DNA of 64,000 nt. It comes from Camelus ferus. Lineage: Eukaryota. The position numbers were made by a program, and so were the translations under genes. The stretch lies in NCBI RefSeq assembly GCF_009834535.1, contig NC_045696.1:9860001-9924000 (forward strand), in the 5' to 3' direction. Below the pieces are notes generated by a model. The model did no database searches, was not told where the DNA came from, and saw only the letters and a program-made list of their open reading frames with translations. Below are positions 40,061-53,948 of this stretch, piece by piece. Numbering within the stretch: the stretch's first letter is position 1; every line of letters starts with the position of its first letter.

Positions 40061-40519
40061 ATTTAAGAAATCAATACAAAAAAAATCATTGATAGTATAA
40101 TTATGCTACTTAATTTAAAACTGTTTGAAGGAGGCTTAAAATAGAAGACAATGTCTGAAAAAGAAAAATCCCTGAACAGTCTGAGGAGTAGTTTGAGGCG
40201 GTAGTTAACAGCTTGGGAAAAATGAGACAATGTGTATAAAACAAACAAGGTACCTGGCACTTAGCACTCACTAAGTAATAATTATATAACTGTTTCCACT
40301 ATCATCATCAACAACAAAATCTAGGTTGCAGAGAAGTGAGTAGGGAGAGTAAGCAGAAATTAAATCCATATACTGTGGAGATAATAGAAAGGAAGGTGAC
40401 TTATAAATGCTATTCAATTCCTGATGTTGATAGATAAATGTGGGTTAAAATAGGTTTGTTAAAATTTAAGAGTATCTAATAGAATACATCTTTCTCACAT
40501 ATCTTTTCTAAAAATTCCT

Positions 40520-42110
40520 TTTTTTATTTTAAAAAATTGAAATATAATTTACATACCATAAAGTTCACCTTTTTCAAGTGTCCAATTTAGACTTGTATCA
40601 GGTATATGATTTGCAAATATTTCCTCCCATACTGTGGCATGTCTTTTCACTTTCTAGAGAATGATAATACTTTAAAGCACATATTTTTTAAATTTTGATG
40701 AAATTCAATTTATCTATTTTTCCTTTAATTGTTTGTGGTTTTGGTGTCATATCTAACAAACAGTTGCCTAATCCAAGGTCATGAAGATATGCACCTATGT
40801 TTTCTTCTAAGAGTCTTATAGTTTTAACTCTTATATTTAGAGTTAGGTCTTTGATCTATTTTAAGTTAAATTTTGAATATGGTGTGAGGTAAGAGGTACA
40901 ATTACATTCTTTTGCATATGTGGATATCCGATTGTCCCAGCATCATTTGTTGAAAAGTTTTATTTTCCCTCATTGAATTATGTCTGCAGTGTTGTTGAAA
41001 ATCAATCTATCATAAGTCTTCTCAAAAAACTGAAAATAGAACTACCATATGACCCAGCAATTCCATTCCTGGGTATATATCTGAAAAAAAAAAAAACACT
41101 AATTCAGAAAGATATATGCACCTCAATGTTCATAGCAGCATGCTTACAATTACCAAGATATGGAAACCACCTAAGTGTCCATCAACAGATGAGTGGATGG
41201 AATACTACTCAGCCTTAAAAAAAGAATGATATTTTACCATTTGCAGCAACATGAATGGACCTGGAGGGTATTATGCTAAGAGAAATATATCAGACAGAGA
41301 AAGACAAATACCATATGATATCACTTACATGTGGAATTTAAAGAATACAACAAATTAGTAAATGTAACAAAAAAGAAGCAGATTCACAGATATAGAGAGC
41401 AAACTAGCGGTTACTAGTGGGGTGAGGTCAAAGGGGAGGGGCATTATAGGGATAGAGGATTAAGAGGTACAAACTATTATGTATAAAATAAGCTATAAGG
41501 ACATATTGTACAACCCGGGGACTATAGCCAATATTTTATAATGACTATAAATGGAGTATAACCTTTAAAATTGTGAATCACTATAGTATACACCTGTAAC
41601 TTACATAATATTGTACATCAGCTTCTTCAATTAAAAAAAAAAAAAGAAAAGTCAATCTACCTTAAATGTATGAGTTTATTTCTGGACTCTCGATTCTATT
41701 CTATTGTCTATGTGCCTTTCCTTATGCCAGTACCACACAACCTTGACAACTGAGCTGAAGTTTTGAAACTGGAAAATACAAGTTCTCCAACTTTTTCCCT
41801 CTTTCTCAAGATTGTTTTGGTGATTATGGATCCCTTACACTTCTTATATATGAATTTTAGGTTCAGCTTGTCAATTTCCTCAAAAAGCAGCAGCTGGGAT
41901 TGTGATAGAGATTGTGTTGAACATGAAAATCTATTTGGGAAGTATTGCCATCTTCCAATCCAGTGACCATAGGATGTCTCTCCATTTTCAAAGGTCTTCT
42001 TCAATTTCTTTCACCAATGTTTTCTAGTTTTCAGTATTTCTTTTGTTAAATCTGTTCCTAAGTATTTTATGGGTTGAGTGCTATTGTAAATAAAACTAAT
42101 TGTTCATTAA
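40520..42110 (-). mobile_element. Old L1 ORF2 fragment (host of a nested L1)
   Basis: Minus ORF IDKLNLKFI.K.KGS.I.KTIL.K..KVGEL and other L1 motifs. Confidence 0.85.
41016..41647 (+). mobile_element. Nested 5'-truncated L1 3' end with poly(A) and TSD
   Basis: IELPYDPAIPFLGIY motif and A-tail at 41633-41645. TSD AAAATCAATCTATCATAA (40998-41015) vs AAAGTCAATCTACCTTAA (41648-41665). Confidence 0.9.
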
Positions 42111-42114
42111 CTTA

Positions 42115-42208
42115 ATTTTTGTGTTTTTTTAATGGGAGTACTGGGCATTGAACCCAGGACCTCATGCATGCTAAGTATGTGCTCTACCATCGAGCTATTA
42201 CCCTCCCC
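42115..42208 (-). mobile_element. Vic-1-type tRNA-derived SINE (camelid)
   Basis: Minus strand GGGGAGGGTAATAGCTCGATGGTAGAGCACATACTTAGCATGCATGAGGTCCTGGGTTCAATGCCCAGTACTCCC plus A-rich tail, with A/B boxes. Confidence 0.85.
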
Positions 42209-42219
42209 TCTAAAGTGAA

Positions 42220-42436
42220 GTGTATATTCTTTGCTGTATGAGGACACTGAAGTTTCTGATTAGTGGTCAGTTAATGATTCAGCAGACACTTCCTTAGATG
42301 ATTGGAACCAACAAGTCTCCTAGTTTTTGCCAAGAAGTTCTTTGTGTGTTTTGGGAGACACCTCAACATTCTGTCAAGCACTTTACAACTCCATCTTAGC
42401 CAGTGGTGAGAACTAGGACATTCTCAGGTCTTTCCT

Positions 42437-42474
<38 letters not shown>

Positions 42475-43140
42475 CCCCGGGCATGCACACAGCCCTACAC
42501 ATTTGCATGGCCTTCTAGACTTCCAGGAATATTTTGGAGATTTTCACAGCTCCCTATGGATATTCATTCCCCAGATTTTCCTTTTAAGCTTTTTGGTTAG
42601 CCTATTGTTTGTCCCAACTGTTATCCACCACCTCAGGCAGCCGTGATATTCAGTAATTGCCTCTGATTATTTTCAACACACATCCCTGGGGAAAAGGCTG
42701 TTTGCACTAGATGAACTCTGAGACAGATAAAATAAAGACAGCTTTGCAAATAGGGTCTTCCAAAGGAACATCAGACAGGTTAGATATTGACAATTCTCTA
42801 AAGACGTGGCTTTGAAGGAGCTCCAATTGCATTCCGCCCCCTCCAGTGGCTACTGGGCTGCTGGTTTTCACTGTGACTTCAGGCTGTAGGATTTCAAGGC
42901 TGCCATGGTGCTGGGGACAGGAAATGGGAATACAGCAGTTAAGGTGACACAACACTCATTGTTCTTACCAGGATCCAGTTCTTTTTCTTGAATAAATGCT
43001 CCCTAGATTGCTGCAAGCCTTTGGTTAACTTCCAGAGTTCTGAAAATGTTGATTCTAACTCTTTTTTTTCTTGCCAACGTTCTTGTTGCTTTTATAGAGG
43101 AGAGTTTTTGGAGGTCCTTACTTCATCATTTTTGCTGACA
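42220..43140 (-). mobile_element. Probable ancient L1 5'-region fragment containing a (CA)n at 42438-42473
   Basis: GTGGTCAGTTAATGATTCAGCAGACACTTCCTTAGATG resembles old L1 5'-end consensuses. The family is uncertain. Confidence 0.5.
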
Positions 43141-43182
43141 TCCTAGAATACAATTTTGATGGACACTTTCAATCCTCTAGAA

Positions 43183-43540
43183 GTGTGCTGTCCAGTACAG
43201 TACCCATTAGCCACATGTGGCTACCAAACCCTTGAAATGTGGCTAGTGCAAATTGAGATGTGCTGTAAGTATAAAATACATATTGGAGTTGAAAAACAAT
43301 ACAATAAAAAAGAATTTTAAATATCTTCTTAATAATTTTTACTTTGAATATATGTTGAAATGATAATATATCTTGGATTAAATAACATATATTATTAAAA
43401 TTAATTTCACTTTCTTAACCTTTTTTAATGTGTGAGTGGTCAGAATTCTAAGAGGATCCCCAATGAGCCATGCCTTTGGCTGACTAGAACAATTTGAATT
43501 ATATATGTGGTTCTCGTTATATTTCTATTGGACAGTGTTT
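43183..43540. mobile_element. MER33-like hAT-Charlie element
   Basis: GTGCTGTCCAGTACAGTACCCATTAGCCACATGTGGCTA...TTTCTATTGGACAGTG inverted termini. Confidence 0.8.
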
Positions 43541-43730
43541 GTCTGAAATGAAAAAAGTGCAAAGGAAATTACTAATCTGGTAAAATAAAACCAAAATAAA
43601 ATCTATTAAAAATCAGAAGGAAACAGCAAGAAAGAATACTAAACAGAAAATGTGAAACACGATTATAGGGAATGAAACTAAATATATTTGTTAGATTCTG
43701 TCTGTTGAAGATATTGATAAGATGGGGCAT

Positions 43731-44135
43731 TGTCTCGACTGGTTCCTGTGAAACAGAGTCTGAGATGGAGGTTTGCAGGCTGGAGTTGTACCGGGAGAGG
43801 CCCTGAGGGACGACACCTGTGCAGGAGTGAAAGCAGTGGGAAAACACAAACGAAGGAGTTAAACGGAGATGCAGTTGGAACAGGGGTCTCAGTTGATCCC
43901 ACAGGAGACTCTGGAGCTAAGAAGACTTTTCAGCATGAAGGCTGAGCCTTTATAGCATTCACTGACCAGCCCCTGGATGTGAACAGTCCCCTGGGAGAAG
44001 GCGTCACTTTGGCCAAGGACAATTTCACGGGAAGGATTTAGCTGTGAGCTGTCACCAGTCAACTTCCAGACAGCTGAGGAAATGAGTGTCCTGACTCTGA
44101 AGCAGGATCTGGGGACCACACCATACCATCCACTT
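43731..44135. mobile_element. ERVL-type LTR (LTR33/41/16-like)
   Basis: GGTTCCTGTGAAACAGAGTCTGAGATGGAGGTTTGCAGG motif. Confidence 0.55.
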
Positions 44136-47100
44136 TAGAAGATGTCTTCTGTACATTAAGTGGAAAGAAATAGATTTTAGATACTATGGTTCATATGTTA
44201 AGTATTAAAATATATGTTTATATAAGGGCAAATCACCAGCAAAGACTCTTTGGGGGAGGGCTAAAGGAAGGGTTGGCAGTGGCTAGGGTGGGGGAAAAAT
44301 ATATACTTTCAGGTATTCTCATTTTTTCCACAAAGATCATATATGATGGGGTGAGTGGGTGAATGTGTGGAAATTAACAAGAGGTTTCCAGTATGGGCAC
44401 GCCCTATGGTAATAACTGCAGCTCAGGATTTAAAAGCTTCAAATTAGAATCCCTTTCTGAATTTTGCCTCCAACATGTCCCAAGACTACAAATAAACAAC
44501 ATCCTGGGTAGTTATGACATTAAAGAGAGTGATCCCGTCTTCACTGAATTCCGACTGGGCCAGATGACATCCACCCCTTTGTACAAACCTCATCTTTTTT
44601 TAGGTCATGTGTCTGCTGATTTTACCTGGTTGAATTATTCCAGGGACTTTCTTATGATAAAAAAAAAATAGCTGATATTAATTCTTCTCCTCATCAATGG
44701 AGTGTCTTCTCGCAACTTGTTTTCTCAATCACCTAAACAGAGATAATGGTTAGGGGTTCCTTTCATCCTGAAAGAACCATGGAGACTTTTCCAGGCAAGT
44801 GAATGCATGGCACCTCCCACCACCTACGTGGATGGAAATTTGTTTTAATTGCCCCATTAACTGGGATGACAACTATTTAAAAATCAGTGGAATAACAGGC
44901 ATTGACCAATTAGAATGGACACAGACCCTTGGGGAGGTTGGAAAGTGTCCAGCCAATGGTTATCTGGCAACCAACAAAAAGTAGTTCAATATTTTAATAG
45001 ACTGAGATGTACCTGCCAAATATCAGCCCCAATCACAGGGGCAAATGCAGGAACATAGCAGGAGAGCAGGACATTTAAGCTCACCAGGTGAATGAACGGC
45101 TCCAAATCCAAAGTGGTCTAACAACCCTTCTAACTGAAACTTTGGAACATGTCACATGGCTAGGAAAGCACACTACACGTCATTCACCTATGACTCGCCC
45201 ACTTCCTCCCCATGATCCAACCTGAGTCACCAGCATCTGTAGGTTTGTCATGAACTTCACTTCAGCAAAGACAGAGGTGCCCAAATAAAGGATGAACAGT
45301 CTCCCCTTGATGGAAAATCCATGTATGTACCGCTGTCTCCAGAAGACCAGGAGTGGGAGGCAGGAAGAGGAAAGGGGAGGGCAGTTATTACATTTTAAAA
45401 TTCCTCCAAACTTATGGTAAATTGAAACATTGTTTTAAGGAATTGTAGATATTTCCAGGCGGGAGAAATATGAGAGCCATTTGATCATAGTAATGTTGAC
45501 TTTAACTTTAACTTGTGTTCCTTGGGAGGAAATTTAAAACCATTGCGGACAAATGGGTGTTCTAAAACACCTCCCCATGGGCAAGCACATCAAGATGTGC
45601 TGCTGCGTTTGATTTAAATGTGACGAACTGCGCAAGCCATCTCTTTCCATCTCATCTGACCTTGGTCATCAGACCTCTTTATGGGTCAGTCAGGTGACGA
45701 GCCTTGTCAAGTGTGAACCACCCCACTGAGTCCATATCTCTCTACTGAGTCTGTATCTCCTCACTGGGTCTCATCCTTCTCTTGAGTAGCAGTCTTCTCC
45801 TTAGGTACCATCCTTCTGATCAAGTGTACCTCCTCTCTGTGTACTAACCTCTTCCCTGGATCCCACCCAGGGATCCCATTTCCTGCCCAAGACAGGAACT
45901 CTTTCATGCTGCCTGAATGAGTACTGCCTCCCAACCGAGAATAATCACCCACCTCTAGGTGGCCTCAACACTTGACCAAGCACAGCCCTTCACAAGGTCT
46001 CCTCTGACCCTCACCACCCCCCTGGGAGGAAGTGAGAGCGGCACCCTCCACTTTACAGATGAGGAAGTTAGGACTCAGCACGAGTAAACGACTCCACTCA
46101 CATCCTCATCTTCATATCCTAGTCCCCTGTTCTTTTCACAGAGCTCTGCTGCACTACGGCTCCTATATGGTATAGACCTCAGTGCTCACTGGCTCAGCCT
46201 GGAAAGGACAGGCAGGTGCCCATACCCCACGCTGCTCTCACATTCCAGAACCACAGGGTGCAGATGCTCGGGGAGGAATGTCTCATCTAAACCCTGTGCA
46301 GCACTTACCATGTCAAGGAGGGTTAACCAAGCAGGTCCGCGTCTCAATCATCATGAAACCCAGGGGCCTATCCAAACACCTTCCTTTGCAAGGCTGTGTA
46401 CCAGCCTTCCCATGAGGCTTCCACTTCTGTGCAAGCTCATGCTTGGACCTCATGCTGGGCTTGCATTCCAGAGCTTTTATGACCGCACAGCGGGGAGAGG
46501 AATTGTACCGACCACTGCGCGCAAAGAGGGCTCCCAAGCCAACATCCGGCCAGCCTGGCATGGGAGCCCCATTCAGTCACTGCCAAAGGGCCATCCCTGA
46601 GTTCCAGGACTAACAATCAGGATGGGTCCAGCCCCAGTGATATTGTCCAAGACTGTCCTTGGCCCCAAAGGGTCCCAAATGACAGCCAGGATCTTGGGTT
46701 CCCAATGTTGGCCTGCAGACCGAGGAAAGATAACAGGGACTGTACAAATATAAACTCAGGAGTTCCAAATGTTGTCCCAGAATTTAACACAATCTCAGAC
46801 GGAAGATGTGTGCTGGGAAGGTGGCATGCTGTGCAGGAACTACTACGTGGCTACTGTACATGGAAAGGATGGGAGAAGTGTTTCAGCAAGCTAATGGACC
46901 ATTTTTTTCAAACATCAATGATCTGAGCAGGTTTGAGAATCATGGGAATAAACCTGCTGCCCCCCAAATTCCAGATCCTCTCAGGTGTCAAAACTCAGCT
47001 CAACACGACTGCATCTGAAAAACAACGACCTCTTTGTTCTTGAGTTTAACCTCAGAAGACTTCTGGAATCTAGAGAGATCTAGGGTTGGAAGGGGCCCCA

Positions 47101-47739
47101 GCAAGTTTTCTTTAGGTGAAAAAAAAAAAAAAAAAAGAAAAAGAAAGCACGAATAACAAAAACAACAACAAAAACACCAACAGATCCAGCAAGATTTGTC
47201 CCTTTTCTCTGAATGTTTTATCAGCTACTGTAGTGGGCGGCATCTGGGCTACTGGTGTTTTTCTACTTAGAGAAGCAAGAAAATTCCATTAACTGAAGAA
47301 TAATACGGTTGACTGCCCCCACGGGAAAGGCATTCAGCGTGCTGCGTTCTTGCTCTCCGTGTCACTGTCAGGACCCCGAGGTCTAGACTTGCTGGCTCCT
47401 GTTCCCTGGGTCGCCCAGGCCTCTCGGGTTGTGACTCCCACCCACAGAGAAAGTACAGTACGTGCTAATCAGGCGCCCAGTGACAGAGGGGAGAGGAAAG
47501 AGGATGGGGGCAATTAGGCAGGTGAATTATTTCTTTTTTAAGAAAAGAAAAGAAAGGGAAAAAACCCAGGCATAAATCTGTCCTAGAGCTCAGGCTGAGG
47601 ACTCTGGAAACACACTCAGGTCCTGGAATCATTCAGAAAGGACCCAGGAATTGACTCCCACCAAATCCTTACCTTTTGGGATGAATGACCCCAGCTTCTT
47701 TTTTGTTTGTTTGTTTGTTTGTTTTTGAAAGGATCAGAT

Positions 47740-48950
47740 CTCATGCTGTGTTTGTGGACATGTAAAATGGTACAATCACTGTGAAAACGGAATGTTTCTT
47801 ATAAAGTTAAACACACACTCGCTGTCTGCCCCAGTAATTCCATTCCTAGGTATATTTACCCAAGAGAAATGAAAACCTATGTCCACACAAGGACTTGTAT
47901 AAGAATATTCTTAGCAATTTAGTTCAAAATAGCCCCAAACAGCAAATAATTCAAATGTATCAAGAAGTGAATGGATAAACCAACTCTGGTATATCCAGTC
48001 AATGGAATTATATTCATTTCCTGTTGCTGTTATAACAAATTACCATAAACTCGTGGCTTAAAACAACACACGTTTATTCTCTTACCGTTCTGGAGGTCAG
48101 AAGTCTGAAGTCACTTTTGCTAGGTTAAAATCCAGATGTTGGCATGGCTGGTTCCTTCTGGAGGCTCCAGGAGACAATCTGTTTCCTTCCTTCTCCAGCT
48201 TCTAGTCTCCATATTCCTTGGTTTACAGCTCTTTCAAAGGGCATCACTTAATCTGTGCCTCTGTGGTCACACTGCTTTTCCTCATCTGTAGTCAGATCTC
48301 CCTCTTCCTCCCTTATATTTGTGATTACATTTAGGACCTTCCTGGATATTCCAAGCTAATTTTTCCATCTCAAGATCCTTTGCTTAATTACACCCACAAA
48401 GTCCCTTTTTACAACATAAAATGAGATTCAAAGTTTCCGGGGCTGGATATCTTTGGGGCCATTATTCAGTCAACCACAGGACCAGACTTCCTAGGGAAAG
48501 GAGGGAGTGAGCTGCTAATACACACAATATGATGAACGAATCTTGAAAACAGTACATTGAGTGAAAGAAGCCAGACAAAAAAAAAAAGAACTTCTGTACG
48601 ATTTCATTGACATCAAATTCTAGAACAGGCAAAACTAATCTATGTTGATAGAAATCAAAATAATGATAGCCTGGAGGGAAAGGGGCACAGAGAACTCTCT
48701 CCCGGGATGAAATGTCCTGTGCCTTGACTGCAGAGTATACATGAATGTATACATTTATCAAAACTCATGGAACTATCATGTGAGACTGAAGTATTATGCT
48801 GCACACCGGAAACTGATACAACATTGTAACTGACTAGACTTCAATAAAAAAAAAATATATATATATACACATACAAAAAAAAAAAAAACCCTCAAGGAAC
48901 TGTACACATCAGATCTGTGCATTTAATTGTGTCTAAATTGTTCCTTAATG
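47740..48950 (+). mobile_element. Old L1 3' end interrupted by an MLT1 LTR (48010-48478) and a tiny L1 tail insertion
   Basis: CCCAGTAATTCCATTCCTAGGTATATTTACCCAAGAGAAATGAAAAC. MLT1 GCTGTTATAACAAATTACCATAAACTCGTGGCTTAAAACAACA. Confidence 0.8.
48775..48886 (+). mobile_element. ~110-bp L1 3'-terminal insertion with A/AT tail and TSD
   Basis: CCGGAAACTGATACAACATTGTAACTGACTAGACTTCAATAAAAA. TSD AAAACTCATGGAACT (48760-48774) / AACCCTCAAGGAACT (48887-48901). Confidence 0.75.
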
Positions 48951-51344
48951 GAAAACAAGATATGGGGGGAAAGTAAATAACAACAAGAAAAAAGGAAGAA
49001 GAAAAAGAGCAGGCAGAGTCAAGCAAAGCCCAGTCTATTTAGGGAACAAATTTTCTCCCTCACTGTCACCAAGACAAGCTCCCCAGTGGGGGAGGAACTT
49101 GGACACAGAGGCGGGAGGGTCTGGAATCCAACCTGTTTGAAGTCAGCCATCCTCCAACCCCACCTAGCATTGAAGGCACCTGAAGCCATTGGTCTACCTT
49201 CGATGAATTTACAGGACAAGACACCCAATGAAAAACCTAAAATATATTGAAAACTTCCTTCTCACAAGAAGTGGGAGAATAATATTTTTTACACAGCAAC
49301 GGTTTTCACTTTTTTACTCCCTTCTAGAATTTTTCAGTATATTCCTGTATATTTTGTAGATTATTGTTATCATGATAGAGGGATGATTTAACTTCTGCCT
49401 TTCTCATTTAACATCATACAAAAACATGTTGCCGTTTTACTAGAAAGTCTTCAGAAACACCCTCTTTGATCACTGGACAATATTTCTGTGAGGTGATTGT
49501 AATTTACTTAGCCTTTTCCTTTTTATTGGACACTAGGCTATTTCTTTTTTTCCATCCCCTCTATGGAAAAAGAATGGAGCACTGGTTGACGCTGCTCTTG
49601 TTTCGAATTATTTAAGAAATGAATATTGAAATAAGGACTCAAGAAGAGGAGAAAGAAGCAGCAAAGAAACCTGTAGCACAGAATTCAGAACTTAAGGAAC
49701 ATCCAGAATGATCTGGCCTAAAACCTTCATTTTATAGAAGCGGGAACCAAGGCCAGGGCACACACTCGAAGTGAAACACCACGTTGCAGCTGAGTCACAG
49801 AGCTGAGACCCAAGCTCAGAAGCCCTGGATTTAATTCAAACAAAATAAGCAGAAGCTACACTCTCTGCTTTTCCTCCACAGCAAGGGCCAAGGGGGACGA
49901 GTTTCTCCTGTCCAACCTTGCCATAAAATCGTGTATCCCAGGTCTGTTGTGAGAGAAGTAACTTAAACTAAAAAGAACAGTTGATCAGAGTCTACAATAC
50001 AAACATGAGGTTGGAATTTAAGCTACCCTTTAGCTCAGCTGGAAAGGGAAATGCTTCCGAAAAAAAGGAGAGAAGACATTTTTCTTTGCCTTTGTGTGTC
50101 TGGGGGAGCCTCTGAACACGTGGGAGTTAAAATGAAGGATGACTGGCTCTCAATTTACTGGACAAATAGCAGGAAACCCTGTTGTATATCACACAAAGCA
50201 GAAACGAATGCAAAAATAATTTGCAAGTGCTTTACATAATTTTCCAGCAGCAGATTCACCTTCTTAATTACGTTTACCATAAAACTCGGATTTCTACAAT
50301 ATTCATCAGCTGGAGAACAGGGCATGGCTTGATCTATACTGTTCTTGAAGACGGAGGGGAACAGCTATTTACTATGTGCCTGTTTGGTGCCAGGCAACAC
50401 ACCAGACCCTTTACACAGGTTCCTTTGTGGATTTTTATCCCCAATACGTAGGAATCTGAGGCTCTGCTGAACTAAGTAACTTTCCCAAGGTCACCCAGTC
50501 ACTGCATCAAAGTCAAGATTCCATTCCAGCCCTGTCTGAAATTGAAATCCACATGCTTTCAACTCTACCAGGAAAATCAGTTCACATTTTGTTCAACAAA
50601 TTCTTATTTAGGGGCCACCTATGTTTCAAATCCTGTTTGCTAGGTAACAAGGGTATAAAAATAAAGAAAAATATCATTCCTGGGTAGTGCACAATCTAGC
50701 AGATGAAAATAGAAGAAATCACACGTAGCAGATTCTACATAAATGTTGGATCATTAAGGGAATGAAGTCTCTTAGAGAGGATTGTGAAGCAGCTCACGTG
50801 TGTATGGTCAGCCAATGACCGACTGTTGAAGATGCCGATTGGCAGAGTCATATGCTTGATTGTTTCTTACAGAATGTGAATTTCATGCAAATAGTCAGTC
50901 CTACTCTAACTCCAAGGCAAAAAGTATTTTCATTCTCATTTCCCAGTGGGGTTACAAAAAGAGATCAAACAAGGTGACTGTCCTGAAACCAAGACTAGCT
51001 TGTGTTCCACCACTTCACCTAAAATGAAATATAATTATCTAAGGGTAATAACTTGTTTAAGTAATGTAATTAAATTCATGGTTTCTAAATGGGAATGTTT
51101 TTGGTGGTAACAAAAAACCCAATTTGCCAATTCAAAAAAGTTTGATAATCGGAAAAGTTTATTACTTCCCATTAAAAAAAAATCTAAAGAAAGTACAGCC
51201 CCAGGTTGACTAAATCGGCTATTTGGTGATGTCAGTAAGGACTCAGTTTCTTTGCATCTCCCCTGCCCTTTCATCTTTAACACACCAGATTAATTGCCCT
51301 CATGGTTGCACTGTGGCTGCCATAATTCCAGGCATCACATACGG

Positions 51345-51670
51345 GGGCTGAGACTTGCTATATGCTGACCAGTTCCATTCTTTCACCTGGGCATAAGAAA
51401 GATTACATTTCCCAGATTCCCTTGATGTTAATTAAGGTCATATGACTGGGTTCTGGCCAATAGGATGTGGACCAAAAGGATGAGCCTAGCCCCACATACA
51501 ATGGCCCACCCTCTTATTTCCTCTTCTCCAGAGAATAGATCTGGTAACATTACAGGGTGGAAGGAAACTGAATCCCTGAGTCTTCACTTGAGGAGGGCCG
51601 CTGACTTAATAGACAAGATATAAACATGTGTGAGGTTAGCCCACTGACAGTAGTTGGCATTAATACCCTA
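51345..51670 (+). mobile_element. MaLR LTR (MLT1I/J-like)
   Basis: GATTACATTTCCCAGATTCCCTTG..GGTCATATGACTGGGTTCTGGCCAATAGGATGTG. Confidence 0.7.
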
Positions 51671-52409
51671 ACCTTCGTGCAGACTTGATATCCAACAGAA
51701 CAGGAGACAAGGCATCTTCCCTGAGTGGTGGGCTCCTGACACAGGGGTTCAGGCAGCAAGGAAAAGGGGGTGGGTCGGGGAGGCAACCACAACCTCTGCT
51801 AGACCCCACCTCCACCTGGGTCATCTGTGGGGCCTGGCAACGCTCCATGTCTCCCGTCAGCCCTCTTGTTCTGCCCGGTGGCTATGGCAGCCTTGTTCTC
51901 ATTGCTCAAACCTCTGAGTGGCCCAACCATGCCCGCCCTCAGGATGGCCTTGTACTCCAGCCCCAAGAGAGCTGCCCGGTCCACTCCCTTGGCTTCCTGC
52001 AGCCAGACCTCCAGACCTACCAGCATCTTCACCTGAGCTCGCCAACCTCCACTCTAGAGCCCATACCGACCCCCTTAAGAGGCTTTGCTTGTGACAGATT
52101 CTTCCCTTGTATTTTCAGAAAATATTTTCCTCCCTATTGGCTCTTTCCATCAGCATTTAAATATTATCAAATGCTTGTGTTAAAAATAAAATCTCAACAC
52201 CTTCTAGCGATTGCCCTCCTCTTCCTTTCCATAGACAGCCCAATTTTTGGAAAGAGTCACCTGTGCATGGTCTCTATTTCTCCCCTGTGGTTAGGTCCAC
52301 CGCCCTCTGCAGCCTAGGCCCCCTCACTGCTACTGCTACCCCAGTGCTGCTCTCACCATGGTTTCTTATGACGTCCTTGTTGCAAAATCTGATGGACACT
52401 TTCCCTTCC

Positions 52410-52848
52410 TATATTAGTTTCTCGGGGCTGCTGTAACAAACTACCACAAAGACGGGTGGCTTAACACAATAGGAATTTATTCTCTCACAGCGCTGGAGCC
52501 AAATGTCTGAGAGCAAGATGTGGCTGGGGCTGGGAAACTTTCTTGCCTCTTCTAGTTTCTTGTGGTGGCTGAGAAGCCTTGGCTCTTGGCTTATAGTTGC
52601 ATCACTCCAGTCTTTGCCTTCATCTTCACACAGCCCTCTTCCTGGCGTGTCTCCCTGGACAAACTTACCTCTTCTTTTAAGGACACTCATCATTGGATCA
52701 GGGCCTACCTTATAATCTGGTATGACCACCTCTTATCTCTGCAAAGATCCTACTTCCAAATAAGATCACCCGCACAGGTACTGGGGTAGGACTTCAACAT
52801 ATTTAGGGGGATGGGGAGGTGAGGGAGACCTAATTCAAACCCACAACA
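52410..52848 (-). mobile_element. MaLR LTR (MLT1C-like)
   Basis: ATATTAGTTTCTCGGGGCTGCTGTAACAAACTACCACAAAG..AAGGACACTCATCATTGGAT. Confidence 0.85.
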
Positions 52849-53590
52849 CTTCCATATCTAAACTTGACCTGGCAGCATTCCTTCCCTCCTGAGACCCCAC
52901 GTATTCCTGATCTTCTCTGAGCCTCTCTGAAATCTTTTTCTCACTTCCCTTCTTGGCCTTCTCTCTCTCTTTCCATCCTTCTATGGGCAGTGTCTCCTGG
53001 GGTTTTCTGCAGGCTGCCTCCTTTTCTCACTTTCCTGGAAGAGACTCACCACTCCTATGGCTTCAGTTACCATTGTCAGACTGACATATTTGTACAAAAT
53101 GCTCGAAAAACCACACGTTCCATTGAAAAGCCCATGTGGAAAACTCACCATCTTCACCCCAAACCTGCTCTCCCCGCCGTCTCCTCCATCTCAGTGAATG
53201 GCACCCCCACTCACAAAGCTTCTTGAATCTGCCTCCACTCCTGATCACTGGGTCTTCTGCCTCCTCACCCGCCCCTGCCAACCGAGCATCACCGGCCTGT
53301 CGACGCCGCCTCCCAAGTACCTCTCCCCAAACCGCAATGGTCCTAGTTCACATCGTCACCGTCTCGCTCCCAGAACATTGTAGGCGCTTTCCCATAGTCC
53401 CTAGCTGTGTGGAAACCCAGACCTTACAGTCGCTTTCACATGAAATACTATGATTGTCCTTATTCCCCTCAGAGGAAAATCCAAACTCTTTAACTAGGTT
53501 TTCAAGCCCCTTCATAATCTGGCCTTACTGGCCCCCTCGTCTCATCTCTCCATAGTCCATTCTCCTGTATTACTACTCCAGTCAAACATA

Positions 53591-53948
53591 TGCTGTAGAC
53601 TCGATGTGTATATCTGCCCCCCAATCCCCAATTCTTATGTTTAAACCTCATCTCCAATGTGATGGTGTTTGGAGATGGGGCTTTGGGAGGGATTAGATCA
53701 TATGGTTGGAGCCCTCTTGAATGAGATTAGTGCCCTTGTAAAAGAGACCCCACAGAGCTCCCTGCCATCCCAACCACGTGAGGACACAATGAGAAGACGA
53801 TGGACTATGAACCAGGAAGAGGGCCTTCACCGCACCCCAAATGTGGTAGCAACTCAGCCTTGGACTCCCAGCCACCAGAACAGTGAGACGTAAGTGTCTG
53901 TCATTTATAAGCCCCCAGTCTATAATGGTCTGTTGTCGCAGCCCAGAC
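53591..53948 (+). mobile_element. MaLR LTR (MLT1A-like)
   Basis: CCAATGTGATGGTGTTTGGAGATGGGGCTTTGGGAGG..ATGAGATTAGTGCCCTTGTAAAAGAGACCCC. Confidence 0.85.

Noticed and set aside
51685..52317. 210-aa plus ORF
   Set aside because: Non-ATG start, no recognisable domain or splice context, and it runs into L2-like sequence.
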